DNA of 64,000 bases from Alphaproteobacteria bacterium (lineage in GTDB: Bacteria > Pseudomonadota > Alphaproteobacteria > JAAXGF01): the NCBI GenBank assembly GCA_963555825.3, contig CAUVXB020000002.1:384001-448000 (forward strand), in the 5' to 3' direction. Below the pieces are notes generated by a model. The model saw only the letters and a list, made by a program, of their open reading frames with translations. It made no database searches and was not told the origin of the DNA. Positions 1 to 11,585 of this stretch are shown in pieces; the first letter of the stretch is position 1, and every line of letters starts with the position of its first letter. The position numbers and the translations under genes were made by a program.

Positions 1-699
1 ACCGAAGAGATCGGCCACATGACGCGTTCCGTCGAGGTCGCCGAGCTGGGCATCGCGCGTATGCGCGAGGCGCTCACGCCCGGCATGACCGAGAACCAGC
101 TGTGGGCGCTGCTGCACGAGACCAACATCGCCAACGGCGGCGAATGGATCGACTGCCGCCTGCTCGCCTCGGGCGAACGCACCAATCCGTGGGGCCAGGA
201 GTGCAGCGACCGGGTCATCCAGGCCGGCGAGCTGGTCGGCTTCGACACCGACATGGTCGGCCCCGAAGGCTATTGCGCCGACATATCGCGGACGCTGTTC
301 TGCGACCCCGGCACGCCGACCGACGCGCAGCGCGACCTCTACAAGACCGCGGTCGAGCATATCGCGCACAACATGGCGCTGCTGCGTCCGGGATTGAGCC
401 TGCGCGAGCTCGCCGAGAAGAGCTGGCCGATCTCGGAGATCTATCAGGCCAACGCCTATCCCGAGATCGTCCACGGCATCGGAATGTGCGACGAATACCC
501 CGCCATCCCGCCGCTGCACTTGTGGGACTACCTCGGCTACGACGGCGTCATCGAGGAGAACATGACGCTCTGCGTCGAGAGCTACACCGGCGCGACGGGT
601 GGCCGCGAGGGCGTCAAGCTCGAACAGGAAGTGATGGTCACCGCCGACGGCTGCCGACTGTTGTCGACGTTTCCCTACGAAGACGACCTGATGGCATGA
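1..699 (+). CDS. M24 metallopeptidase-fold protein, DddP (DMSP lyase)-like; 5' end outside window
   Basis: Frame open from base 1. Motifs RLLASGERTNPW, FDTD, DISRT, YxxxxHGIGMCDEYP, CVES and KLEQ match the DddP/Xaa-Pro peptidase clade. Confidence 0.75.
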   Translation, partial: TEEIGHMTRSVEVAELGIARMREALTPGMTENQLWALLHETNIANGGEWIDCRLLASGERTNPWGQECSDRVIQAGELVGFDTDMVGPEGYCADISRTLFCDPGTPTDAQRDLYKTAVEHIAHNMALLRPGLSLRELAEKSWPISEIYQANAYPEIVHGIGMCDEYPAIPPLHLWDYLGYDGVIEENMTLCVESYTGATGGREGVKLEQEVMVTADGCRLLSTFPYEDDLMA

Positions 700-712
700 G
701 GACCGGGCAGCG

Positions 713-3700
713 ATGACAGGCGCGCGCATCGCGATCGACATCGGCGGCACCTTCACCGACGTCGCGGTCGGCACGGCCGACGGCTACGTCACCGCCAAGA
801 CGCTGACGACACCGGCCGAGCCGGTTACCGGCGTGCTCGACGGCATCGCGCTGGCGCTCGAACGCGCGGCGCTCGCGCCGGCCGACGTCGCCTGCATCAT
901 CCATGGCACGACGCTCGCGACCAACGCGCTGATCGAGCGGCGCGGCGCGCGCGTCGCGGTGATCGGCACCGAGGGCTTCCGCGACACGCTCGAGATCGCC
1001 TACGAGCGGCGCTACGACCAGTACGACGTCTTCCTCGACAAGCCCGACGCCTATGTGCCGCGCGAGCGCTGTTTCACGGTGCCCGAGCGCGTCGACACCG
1101 ACGGCCGGGTTCACCGGCCGCTCGACGAGGCGGCATTCGACGGCCTGATCGCCGCGCTCGACGCCGCCGGGACCGAAAGCGTCGCGGTCTGCCTGCTGCA
1201 CAGCTACGCCAACCCAACGCACGAGCAGCGCATCGGCGAGATGCTGCGCGCGCGCCGGCCCGATCTGTCGCTGTCGCTGTCGTCGGAAGTCTGTCCCGAG
1301 ATCCGCGAATACGACAGGCTGTGCACGACGGTCGCCAACGCCTATGTGCGGCCCCTGATGGCGCGCTACCTGACCGAGCTGGAGCGCGGCTTGATCGCGG
1401 CCGGGCTCGACTGCGCGCTCTATATCATGACCTCGGGTGGCGGCATGACGACGGTCGCCACGGCGGTGCGCTTTCCGATCCGCATGATCGAATCGGGCCC
1501 CAGCGGGGGCGCCGTGCTGGCCGCCAAGCTCGCCCGCCGTCACGGTCTCGACCGGGTCGTCTCGTTCGACATGGGCGGCACGACGGCCAAGGTCTGCTTG
1601 ATCGACGACGGTCAGCCGCAGACCTCGCGCCGCTTCGAGATCGCGCGCGCGGCGCGCTTCATCAAGGGCAGCGGCCTGCCGGTCCTGATCCCGGCCATCG
1701 ATATGATCGAGATCGGCGCCGGCGGCGGCTCGGTCGCCTCGGTCGACGGACTGGGGCGCCTGGCGATCGGGCCGAAGAGCGCCGGCGCCGTGCCGGGGCC
1801 GAGCTGCTACGCCAAGGGCGGCATCGAGGCGACGGTCACCGACGCCGACGCCACGGTCGGCTTGCTCGACCCGGACGCCTTCGCCGAAGGCCGCCTGAAA
1901 CTGGATCTGGATCTGGCCCGCGACGCGCTCGGGCGCGACGTCGGGGCGCCGATGTCGATGTCCGCCGAGGACGCCGCCTACGGCGTCGCCGAGATCGTCG
2001 ACGAGAACATGGCCAACGCGGCGCGCGTACACGCGGTCGAAGGCGGCAAGGAGCTCGCCGACCGGACGATGATCGCGTTTGGCGGCAACGGCCCGCTGCA
2101 CGCCGCGCGCGTCGCCGAAAAGACCGGCGTCAGGCACATCGTCGTGCCGCCCGATCCCGGCGTCGGCTCGGCGGTCGGCTTCCTGGCGGCGCCGATCACC
2201 TACGAGATCGTGCGCAGCCACTACACGCTGGCCGAAAATTTCGACTTCGAGGGCGTCAACGCCACGCTTGCCGAAATGGCGCGGGAAGCGATCGACGTGG
2301 TGCGCCTCGGTGCGCTCGATCTGCCGCTCGCGGTGGAACGCCGGGCGTTCATGCGCTACCGCGGCCAGGGCCACGAGATCGAGGTCACGGTACCGGACGG
2401 CGCGCTCGACGCCGGCGCCCTGACGCGGCTCTGCACAGATTACGACCGGACGTACAGCCGCCTGTTCGGCCGCGCGGTTCCCGGCATGCTCGTCGAGATC
2501 GTCAACTGGGGCGTTACGGTGACCGCCCGGGCCGTCGACGGCGACGCCGCGCCGACCGCGCCCCGCGACGATGATGGCGAGGCCGAGCCCGCGGGCCACC
2601 GCCGCGTCTGGCTCGGCAAGGCGGGCGACTACGCCGAGGTGCCGTGCTTTCGGCGCGCCGACCTGGCGCCCGGCCACCGTATCGACGGCCCGGCGCTGAT
2701 CGTCGAGCCGCAGACGACGACCTACGTCGCCGGGCCCTTCGCCGCCGAGATCGACGACGCCATGAACATCGTCATGACGCGCCGCGAGGAGACCGCGCGG
2801 TCCGCCGCCACGGTTGCGGCGAGCACGGCAATCGACCGCCAGGCGATGTGGAACCGCCTGCTCGCCGTCGTCGAGGAGCAGGCGCAAGCGCTGATGCGCA
2901 CCGCGTTCAGCCCAATCGTGCGCGAATGCGGCGATATCTCGGCGGGCATCTTCGATACCCGGGCGCGCATGCTGGCCCAGGCGGTGACCGGCACGCCCGG
3001 CCACATCAACACCATGGCCGAGGCCTGCGGCAAGATGATCGAGGTCTTTCCGGTCGCCGACATGCGACCGGGCGACGTCTACCTGACCAACGACCCATGG
3101 ATCGCCGCGGGCCACCTCAACGACCTGCTGCTCGTCGCGCCAGTCTTTCACGACGGCCGTGCCGTCGGCCTGGTCTCGTGCACCTCGCATGTCTATGACA
3201 TTGGCGGACGCGGCCCGACGACCGACGGCGCCGACGTCTTCGAGGAAGGCATCCGCCTGCCGCCGGTGCGCATCGTCGCGGCCGGCACGGTCGATCGCTA
3301 TCTGATCGATCTGGTGAAAGCGAATTCACGCACGCCGGTGCCCAACGAGGGCGACATCTACGCGCTGATCGCGTGCTGCGACGTCGGCGCGGCGCGCACC
3401 GCCGAGATGATGGGCGAGTTCGGCCTGGCCGGCCTCGAAGACCTCGCCGAGTATATCCTGACGACCTCGCGCGACGGCGTCGTCGACGCCATCCGGCGGA
3501 TCCCCAACGGCGTCTACGACAACGTCATGCGGCTCGACGGCTATGACTTCGAGATCGACATCGCGGCGCGCATGACGGTCGACGACGAGACCATCGAGAT
3601 CGATTTCGACGGCACCTCACCGTGCTCGCGCTTCGGCATCAACGTGCCGCTCAACTACGCGACCGCCTATTCGGTTTTCGGCATCCGCTGCATCGTCGGT

Positions 3701-4543
3701 CCCGAGATTCCGAACAACGCGGGATCTCTCGCACCGATCCGCGTCGTGGCGCCGGCCGGCTGCATCGTCAACGCGATGGATCCGGCGCCGGTAGCGATGC
3801 GCCACATGATCGGCCAGACGCTGCCCGACGTGATGTTCGGCTGCCTGCACAAGGCCCTGCCCGGCCGCGTCCCGGCGGAAGGCACCGCGTGCCTGTGGGA
3901 CGTCTCGCTGCGCAGCGCGGCGAGCGTCGCGGTCAACGGCAACGCAACGGTGTTCGCGACCGATCCGATTCACAACGGCGGCACCGGCGCGCGGCCGACC
4001 AAGGACGGGCTGTCGACCACCGCCTATCCGAGCGGCGTCTGGGGCAGCCAAGTCGAGATCGCCGAGAGCAGCGACCCGATCCGCTACCTGCGCCGCGAGA
4101 TCAGGCCCGACAGCGGCGGTCCGGGGCGTCACCGGGGCGGCATGGGCCAGCTGGTCGAGGTCGAGAACCGCGAGGGCGCGCCGATGCTGCATCCGGCCGG
4201 CGTCGAGCGCATGAAGTTCCCGGCGCGCGGCCGCGCCGGCGGCGCCGACGGCGCGCTCGGCATCCTTCGGTTGGGCTCAGGCAAGCGCCTCGCCGGCAAG
4301 GGCGTCCACGAAATCCCCGCCGGCGACAAGCTGGTCGTCGCCACACCCGGCGGCGGCGGCTACGGGCCGGCCGGCGAGCGCGAACCCGAGCGCGTCGAGG
4401 CCGACGTCCGCTCGGGCCTGGTCAGCCGCGCCGCGGCGAAACGCGACTATGGCGTGGTCCTCGACGACGAGCAGTTCATCGACGCCGACGCAACGGCGCG
4501 GCTGCGCGGCACCGCCGACGACGACGACCACGGGACCGGCTGA
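713..4543 (+). CDS. Fused hydantoinase A + hydantoinase B / 5-oxoprolinase family protein
   Basis: N-terminal DIGGTFTD, HGTTLATNAL, SGPSGG and DMGGTT; C-terminal RTAFSPIVRE, NDPW..GHLND and TPGGGGYG. Confidence 0.93.
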   Translation: MTGARIAIDIGGTFTDVAVGTADGYVTAKTLTTPAEPVTGVLDGIALALERAALAPADVACIIHGTTLATNALIERRGARVAVIGTEGFRDTLEIAYERRYDQYDVFLDKPDAYVPRERCFTVPERVDTDGRVHRPLDEAAFDGLIAALDAAGTESVAVCLLHSYANPTHEQRIGEMLRARRPDLSLSLSSEVCPEIREYDRLCTTVANAYVRPLMARYLTELERGLIAAGLDCALYIMTSGGGMTTVATAVRFPIRMIESGPSGGAVLAAKLARRHGLDRVVSFDMGGTTAKVCLIDDGQPQTSRRFEIARAARFIKGSGLPVLIPAIDMIEIGAGGGSVASVDGLGRLAIGPKSAGAVPGPSCYAKGGIEATVTDADATVGLLDPDAFAEGRLKLDLDLARDALGRDVGAPMSMSAEDAAYGVAEIVDENMANAARVHAVEGGKELADRTMIAFGGNGPLHAARVAEKTGVRHIVVPPDPGVGSAVGFLAAPITYEIVRSHYTLAENFDFEGVNATLAEMAREAIDVVRLGALDLPLAVERRAFMRYRGQGHEIEVTVPDGALDAGALTRLCTDYDRTYSRLFGRAVPGMLVEIVNWGVTVTARAVDGDAAPTAPRDDDGEAEPAGHRRVWLGKAGDYAEVPCFRRADLAPGHRIDGPALIVEPQTTTYVAGPFAAEIDDAMNIVMTRREETARSAATVAASTAIDRQAMWNRLLAVVEEQAQALMRTAFSPIVRECGDISAGIFDTRARMLAQAVTGTPGHINTMAEACGKMIEVFPVADMRPGDVYLTNDPWIAAGHLNDLLLVAPVFHDGRAVGLVSCTSHVYDIGGRGPTTDGADVFEEGIRLPPVRIVAAGTVDRYLIDLVKANSRTPVPNEGDIYALIACCDVGAARTAEMMGEFGLAGLEDLAEYILTTSRDGVVDAIRRIPNGVYDNVMRLDGYDFEIDIAARMTVDDETIEIDFDGTSPCSRFGINVPLNYATAYSVFGIRCIVGPEIPNNAGSLAPIRVVAPAGCIVNAMDPAPVAMRHMIGQTLPDVMFGCLHKALPGRVPAEGTACLWDVSLRSAASVAVNGNATVFATDPIHNGGTGARPTKDGLSTTAYPSGVWGSQVEIAESSDPIRYLRREIRPDSGGPGRHRGGMGQLVEVENREGAPMLHPAGVERMKFPARGRAGGADGALGILRLGSGKRLAGKGVHEIPAGDKLVVATPGGGGYGPAGEREPERVEADVRSGLVSRAAAKRDYGVVLDDEQFIDADATARLRGTADDDDHGTG

Positions 4544-4586
4544 CGGCAGCGCAGCGCCCGTAACGCCACACAACACACCGTCTATT

Positions 4587-4654
4587 ATAATAGGGTCAGA
4601 CTCCTTTATATACCATTGCTAGTTATACGTTAAAATAGTGTCTGACCCCATTAT
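4587..4654. repeat. AT-rich inverted repeat, 15-bp arms (ATAATAGGGTCAGAC / GTCTGACCCCATTAT), REP-like or bidirectional terminator
   Basis: Arms match at 14/15 positions; lies between convergent genes. Confidence 0.6.
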
Positions 4655-4680
4655 TAAGGGCGACCTGTTAGCGCGGTGAT

Positions 4681-5163
4681 CTACGATTTCAGCGCGAACA
4701 TTATTTCACCGGCGATAGGGGCGTCTCGCGCGAGTTCATGCTGATAAAGCGCCATTCGCGCATGTCGGCCAAGTTCCTCGCCGAAGACGTCGATCAACAG
4801 GTCCGACGCGCCGTTGAGTACCTTCGGAGCATCCTTGAAACCAGGCGCCGCGTTGACGTAGCCGACAAGCCGGATGGGACGTAGAAGTTTGTCGAGACGA
4901 CCAACGACCAGCCGGGCGAGAGCCAAATGGTTCAGTGCCATCAGGCGCGCAGATTCGTAGCCGTCCTCGATACTGAGCTCGCCGCCAACCTTGCCGGCCT
5001 TCGGGATATAGTCGACTCCGGCGTCGTTCTTGACCGTTCCGTAGGTCCCGGAAACGTAAAGAATGTCGGCGTGGACCACGCCCGCCACAAAACTGCCGAT
5101 TGCCGCCGGCGGTTCTGGAACGACGATCCCAAGCTCTTTCAATCGGTCTCCGATCCCCGCCAT
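4681..5163 (-). CDS. RidA/YjgF/UK114 family protein
   Basis: RLKELGI, GKVG, NGASDLL..VFGE..GRHAR; GGAGGG RBS before ATG 5163; lower GC than its neighbours. Confidence 0.88.
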   Translation of the reverse strand: MAGIGDRLKELGIVVPEPPAAIGSFVAGVVHADILYVSGTYGTVKNDAGVDYIPKAGKVGGELSIEDGYESARLMALNHLALARLVVGRLDKLLRPIRLVGYVNAAPGFKDAPKVLNGASDLLIDVFGEELGRHARMALYQHELARDAPIAGEIMFALKS

Positions 5164-5311
5164 GACCATCCCTCCATGCCGCCCGGCAGGAAATTGTATA
5201 TGAATTCGAAACCGTCCAGAAGCGACACGGCGCTGCCCACCAAGGAGGCCGGCCGACAACGGCGCCCCGCCACTCAGGCATCACCAACGCGCAACAAACT
5301 TTGATCGGGTC

Positions 5312-5353
5312 GGGCTCCTTTATTCGTCTGATGATGATCGAATAAATGGGCCC
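5312..5353. repeat. Imperfect hairpin GGGCTCCTTTATTCG...CGAATAAATGGGCCC
   Basis: Inverted arms visible between the DUF1499 and RidA genes. Confidence 0.4.
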
Positions 5354-5396
5354 TCAATTAGATGGAGCCCCAATTACATGGAGATAGAGCCGGCAC

Positions 5397-5891
5397 CTAT
5401 TCCAAGGCGGCGAGCCAGGCCTCGACGCGGCGGCGGTTGACGCCGAAATCGTCGTGGCCGTAGTACGAACGGCTGTAGATCGCGAGCGTCGCGCGGCCCG
5501 CGTCGAACGCGATGAAGCGGACGGTGATCGCGTCGGGAAAACGGAACACCAGCGAGCGCTGGACGAAGTCGTAGTGCAGCGCCGCCGCGTCGTCGGTGCC
5601 CGTCCGGGTCACGTGCGGCTGGTCCGCGATCATCGCCATCCAGCGGTCGCGCAGCGCCGTCGCCGATATCTCGAACACCGGGCTGGCGGCATGCGGCGGC
5701 GCCGCGCAGAAGCCCTCGGGGCAGACCAGATGCTGGTTCGGGCGCCCGTCGAGCGCGAGCGTCGCGAAGTCGATCGCGACGTGGTCGGCCGATCCGAATA
5801 CCATCGTCAGCATCTCGTCGCGGCCGATCACGGCGACCGCGACGGCAACGACACCGAGGACGCCGAGGACGACCTTGAGGCGCGTCGGCAC
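5397..5891 (-). CDS. DUF1499 domain protein with N-terminal membrane anchor
   Basis: PNQHLVCP, QRSLVFRFPD, YSRS.YG.DDFGVNRRRV. Confidence 0.85.
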   Translation of the reverse strand: MPTRLKVVLGVLGVVAVAVAVIGRDEMLTMVFGSADHVAIDFATLALDGRPNQHLVCPEGFCAAPPHAASPVFEISATALRDRWMAMIADQPHVTRTGTDDAAALHYDFVQRSLVFRFPDAITVRFIAFDAGRATLAIYSRSYYGHDDFGVNRRRVEAWLAALE

Positions 5892-5894
5892 GGG

Positions 5895-7604
<1,710 letters not shown>

Positions 7605-7676
7605 GCCCCTCGCCCCATCACGCCGCCCGGCTCCTGTATGCCAGAAAAGCGCACGGCGCGCCAAGCCACGTGACGC

Positions 7677-8633
7677 TCAATAGCCGCGAACCGGATCGAC
7701 GACGTTCTCCAAGGGCGCGCCCGCGAGCCAGCGTTGGGCATTGTCGCAGAACATCTCGGTCGAGCGGCGCTCCCAGCCATCGTAGACGCTCGAGCAGTGC
7801 GGCGTGACGATGACGTTGTCGAGCGTCCAGAATGGGCTCTCGGGCGGCAGCGGCTCGGTCTCGAAGACGTCCAGCGCGGCGCCGCCGAGGCGGCCCGACC
7901 GCAAGGCCTCGATCAGCGCCGCGCCGTCGACGACACCGCCGCGCGAGACGTCGACCAGCACCGCGCCCGGTTTCATGGCGGCGAGCGCGCGGGCGTCGAT
8001 CAGGTGGCGCGTCGCGCCGGTCAGCGGCACGCAGACGACGACGACATCGGCAGCGCCGAGCGCGTCATGCAGTCGGTCGGGGCCAAGGACCTCGTCGACC
8101 GCCTCGGTCGGCGCCGGGTTCGCGCGGACGCCTAACGTGGAACAGCCCATCGCCTTAAAGCGGCGCGCCACCGCCTGGCCGGTCTTGCCGAGACCGACGA
8201 TCGCAACCGTCCGCCCGTCGATGCCGGCGACCGTGGCGATGCGCCAAGCTCGGTCCCGCCGGTCGCGCTCGAAGGCTGCCAGACCGAGGCTGAACGAGAG
8301 CGCCGCGCCGAGCGCGTATTGCGCCATCTGCTCGGCGGCGACGCCGGCGGCGTTGGTCACGGTCAGGCGCGCCGGGTCCCACGGCGCCAGATGGTCGGTG
8401 CCCGAGCCGCCGACCGAGAACCAGCCGAGCGTCGGGCAGGCCATGATCGCGGCGCGCGGAAAGCCCGGCGTGCCGTCGAAGCGGATGCCGTAGATCCCCT
8501 CCGGCGCGAAATCATCGAGCATCGCCGGCAACGCCGCGTAGCTCGTGCAGCAGCGAATTTCGGCGTCGGGCAGACGCGCCTCGATGATGTCGATGAACGT
8601 CTCGGGATGGTCGTAATGGACGATGAGCCTCAT
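7677..8633 (-). CDS. D-2-hydroxyacid dehydrogenase family protein
   Basis: GLGKTG Rossmann motif, SRGGVVD, LDVFETEPLP, TPH. Confidence 0.9.
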   Translation of the reverse strand: MRLIVHYDHPETFIDIIEARLPDAEIRCCTSYAALPAMLDDFAPEGIYGIRFDGTPGFPRAAIMACPTLGWFSVGGSGTDHLAPWDPARLTVTNAAGVAAEQMAQYALGAALSFSLGLAAFERDRRDRAWRIATVAGIDGRTVAIVGLGKTGQAVARRFKAMGCSTLGVRANPAPTEAVDEVLGPDRLHDALGAADVVVVCVPLTGATRHLIDARALAAMKPGAVLVDVSRGGVVDGAALIEALRSGRLGGAALDVFETEPLPPESPFWTLDNVIVTPHCSSVYDGWERRSTEMFCDNAQRWLAGAPLENVVDPVRGY

Positions 8634-8721
8634 CGGCTGGTAATGCTCTCTCGAACGCGGTGGATCGCCATCGAGTGTCCCGCAATTCGAGCGCCGCCGC
8701 CAGAACCCATATGAGTGTGCC

Positions 8722-9804
8722 ATGACGCCACGCCCCCGCCCCCATCTCGACACGCTGAGCGCTTACGAAGTCGCGAAGACCGGCGCGCCCGGCCAGGCGC
8801 GGCCGCGCCAGTTGGCGCAGAACGAGAGCGCGACGCCGCCGAGCCCGCTGTCGATCGCCGCCGCCGAGGCCGCGCTCGCCGAGGTTCGGTTCTATCCCGA
8901 CCCGTCGTTCGGGAGCTTGCGCGCGGCGATCGCCGCCGCCGAGGGCCTCGACGCCGGGCGCATCGTCTGCGCGGCGGGCTCGATGGAGCTGATCTCGCTG
9001 TTGTGCGCGATCTACCTGGCGCCCGGCGACGAGGCGCTCTACAGCCAGTACAGCTATCTGTTCTACCGGACCGCGATCAGGGCGGTCGGCGCGCTGCCGG
9101 TCGCCGCGCCCGAACCCAAGTTGATCGTCGACGTCGACGCGATGCTCGACGCGGTCACCGACAGGACTCGCATCGTCTTCCTGGCCAACCCCAACAACCC
9201 GACCGGCACGCTACTGACCGGCCAGGAGATGGTACGGCTCCGTGACGAATTGCGCGACGACGTGCTGTTGGTGATCGACGCGGCCTATGCCGAATTCGTC
9301 ACCGATGCGGCCTACGACCCCGGCGCAGCGCTGGTCGGCGCCGGCGCCAACACGGTGATGCTGCGCACGTTTTCGAAGATCCACGGCCTCGCCGGTATGC
9401 GCGTCGGCTGGGGCTACATGCCGGCCGACGTCGTCGACGTGCTGCGCCGCGTCGATACCGCGAGCAGCATTTCGGTCCCGGCCGTCGCCGCCGCGACGGC
9501 GGCGATCGGCGACACCGCGCATGTCGCGGCGCACCGCAAGCGCAACGCCGAAGCGCGCGAGCGGTTCACCGCCGAGGCCAACGCGCTCGGCCTGACCGCC
9601 TATCCGAGCCAGGGCAACTTCGTGCTGGTCCGCTTCCCCGGCGGCGCGGACCAGGCCACGGCGGCGCACGCGCAGCTCATGGCCGACGCCATCGCCGTCC
9701 GCCCGATGGCCGGCTACGGCCTCGCCGACTGCCTGCGCATCACCATCGGCTCGGACAATGATATGGCAGCCGTCATGATATCGTTGCGGGCCTACTTCGG
9801 TTGA
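8722..9804 (+). CDS. hisC: Histidinol-phosphate aminotransferase family protein
   Basis: ANPNNPTG, DAAYAEF, RTFSKIHGLAGMRVGW, LRITIG. Confidence 0.85.
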   Translation: MTPRPRPHLDTLSAYEVAKTGAPGQARPRQLAQNESATPPSPLSIAAAEAALAEVRFYPDPSFGSLRAAIAAAEGLDAGRIVCAAGSMELISLLCAIYLAPGDEALYSQYSYLFYRTAIRAVGALPVAAPEPKLIVDVDAMLDAVTDRTRIVFLANPNNPTGTLLTGQEMVRLRDELRDDVLLVIDAAYAEFVTDAAYDPGAALVGAGANTVMLRTFSKIHGLAGMRVGWGYMPADVVDVLRRVDTASSISVPAVAAATAAIGDTAHVAAHRKRNAEARERFTAEANALGLTAYPSQGNFVLVRFPGGADQATAAHAQLMADAIAVRPMAGYGLADCLRITIGSDNDMAAVMISLRAYFG

Positions 9805-9809
9805 AGTCC

Positions 9810-9905
9810 AGGCCGCGACTGCGGCCCGCCGACCGTTCGGCGGAAGCATGCGCGGCGATTGAGCGCAGGGCAGCTTTGCGCAGCAAAGATGACCGCACAA
9901 AAAAG
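9810..9905 (+). repeat. Modular intergenic repeat, copy A (short form)
   Basis: Core GCCGACCGTTCGGC...CATGCGCGGCGATTGAGCGCAGG..TGACCGCACAAAAAA is shared with the copies at 29.8, 36.3 and 43.5 kb. Confidence 0.85.
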
Positions 9906-9907
9906 AG

Positions 9908-10552
9908 TCACTTTCGCTCGGCAAACACCAGGTGGGCGGCGATAGCGCACAGCACCGAGGCGGTGAACCACTGCTGGATGCGCCAGGCGTTGCGGTGCGT
10001 CGCCAGCCAGTCGCCGATATGGCCGAAGAAGAAGGCGACGGCAAGGTTGATGGTATTGCCCAGCACGTTGAAGATGATGCCGAGCAGGATGAACTGGGCG
10101 AGCACGCTGCCGCGCTCGGGGTCGGTGAACTGCGGCACGAACGACAGGTAAAAGAGCCCCGACTTGGGGTTCATCAGGTTGGTCACGACCGCCTGGCGGT
10201 AGACGCGCCACAGCGGATCGCGGTCGGTTTTGCCGTCGCGGCCCGGCACCGCGCCGCCGACGATCAGCGTGCGCGCCGCGAGGTAGATCAGATAGCCGGC
10301 GCCCATGTAGCGCAGCGCGTCGTAGGCGACCGCCGAGGCGGCGATCAACGCGGCGACGCCGAAGGCCGCCGCCAGGCACAAGACGAACGAGCCCGACGAC
10401 AGGCCGAGCACCGAGACCGCGCCGGCGAGCCGGCCCTGGCCGACCGAGCGCGCGACGGCGAACATCATGCCGGGCCCGGGCGAGGCGCCGACCGTCAGCG
10501 TCGCGACCAGGAACACACTGAAGGCCGGCCAGTCGGGGAGTAGGGAAAACAT
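9908..10552 (-). CDS. LysE/RhtB family translocator
   Basis: SPGPG, GAGYLIYL, NLMNPK, FVPQF. Confidence 0.9.
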   Translation of the reverse strand: MFSLLPDWPAFSVFLVATLTVGASPGPGMMFAVARSVGQGRLAGAVSVLGLSSGSFVLCLAAAFGVAALIAASAVAYDALRYMGAGYLIYLAARTLIVGGAVPGRDGKTDRDPLWRVYRQAVVTNLMNPKSGLFYLSFVPQFTDPERGSVLAQFILLGIIFNVLGNTINLAVAFFFGHIGDWLATHRNAWRIQQWFTASVLCAIAAHLVFAERK

Positions 10553-10582
10553 GGGGATACGGACTGTTGAACGGTTGCGGGC

Positions 10583-11539
10583 TCAGTCGATGAATCTCTC
10601 GCGCTGGCGCCGGAAACTCCGGACGTCGCCCGGATAGGCGTCGACCGGTTCGGCGCCGTCGCCCAGCCAGTCGGCGAGGCGTGCATAATATGCTCCGATT
10701 GCCTGGCAAATCCTAGCCGCGTCACCGTCGAGCGCCGCGCCCGCTGTCGCGGCGCCGACGCGGCATCTGTCGGCGGTCGCACGCTCGAGCGCGAGCGCCT
10801 CGGCGACGGTCCTGCCGACGCGCGGCCCCTCGATGTCGCCTTCCGCCGCCACGGCCATAAGGCTCGGCGCCGTCCCTGCCGCGCCGAACAGATCGACGAT
10901 CGACTTGCCGTGCATCATCGTGTCGAACGACGCCGTCCAGACCGTGCTCGCCCGCGCTTCGTCGCCCGCGTGCCAGAGCACGAAGGCGTGCGCCAGCGCC
11001 TGTTCGACCGCGACGACCAATTCGGCCAGCAGCCGGTTGAGGTGCTCGGTCGCGTCGCCGAACAACGGTTCGGCATCGTCGGCCGGCGCGGGCGTGGCAC
11101 GCCGCTTGTCGTCGAGCCAGGCGGCATGCGGCTCGCGGCGCGACAGCGCGTCGGCGACCAGCGCCTCGGCATGCGCATCCCCAGCGCTCGCGAGCGGCGC
11201 GCGAACCGCTTCGAAGGCCTGGTAAAGCCGGCCCTCGAGCGCTAAATCTGCGTCGTACATGTCGGCATGGCTACCGCCGATGACGGGTAGGCGCGCCGTG
11301 AAGGGCTCCTCGGCGGTGCATAGCTCGGGCCGTCCGCCCGCCGCGACGATGTGCTCGAGCACGCGCATGGTGTTGGCGACGTCGGCGTTGTTGACCCGGG
11401 CGATGTCGCGCGCCGTTTCGCCATCGCCCCAGGCATGCAGCACCATGATGTGAAGGAAGTACTGGTTGACCGCCGTCAGATCCCAGCGCAGCACCGCGTT
11501 GAGTCGGTCGTGCCGCGTCTCGCCGTTAGCCGACGTCAT
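10583..11539 (-). CDS. Tandem two-domain bacterioferritin-like protein
   Basis: Domain 1: LNAVLRWDLTAVNQYFLH..DLALE..EPHAAWL. Domain 2: LNRLLAELVVAVEQALAH..SFDTMMH..ALALE. Both parallel Bfr helices. Confidence 0.7.
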   Translation of the reverse strand: MTSANGETRHDRLNAVLRWDLTAVNQYFLHIMVLHAWGDGETARDIARVNNADVANTMRVLEHIVAAGGRPELCTAEEPFTARLPVIGGSHADMYDADLALEGRLYQAFEAVRAPLASAGDAHAEALVADALSRREPHAAWLDDKRRATPAPADDAEPLFGDATEHLNRLLAELVVAVEQALAHAFVLWHAGDEARASTVWTASFDTMMHGKSIVDLFGAAGTAPSLMAVAAEGDIEGPRVGRTVAEALALERATADRCRVGAATAGAALDGDAARICQAIGAYYARLADWLGDGAEPVDAYPGDVRSFRRQRERFID

Positions 11540-11585
11540 GCTCAACAGTCCTTACGCCGCGCCGATCGGATGGCCCTGTCGGCGC

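Noticed and set aside
638-3190. 850-aa minus-strand ORF and similar long shadow ORFs (5454-7673, 20149-21627, 45448-47511, 61786-63924)
   Set aside because: Antisense to well-supported genes; Arg/Gly/Ala-rich products expected from high-GC codon bias.
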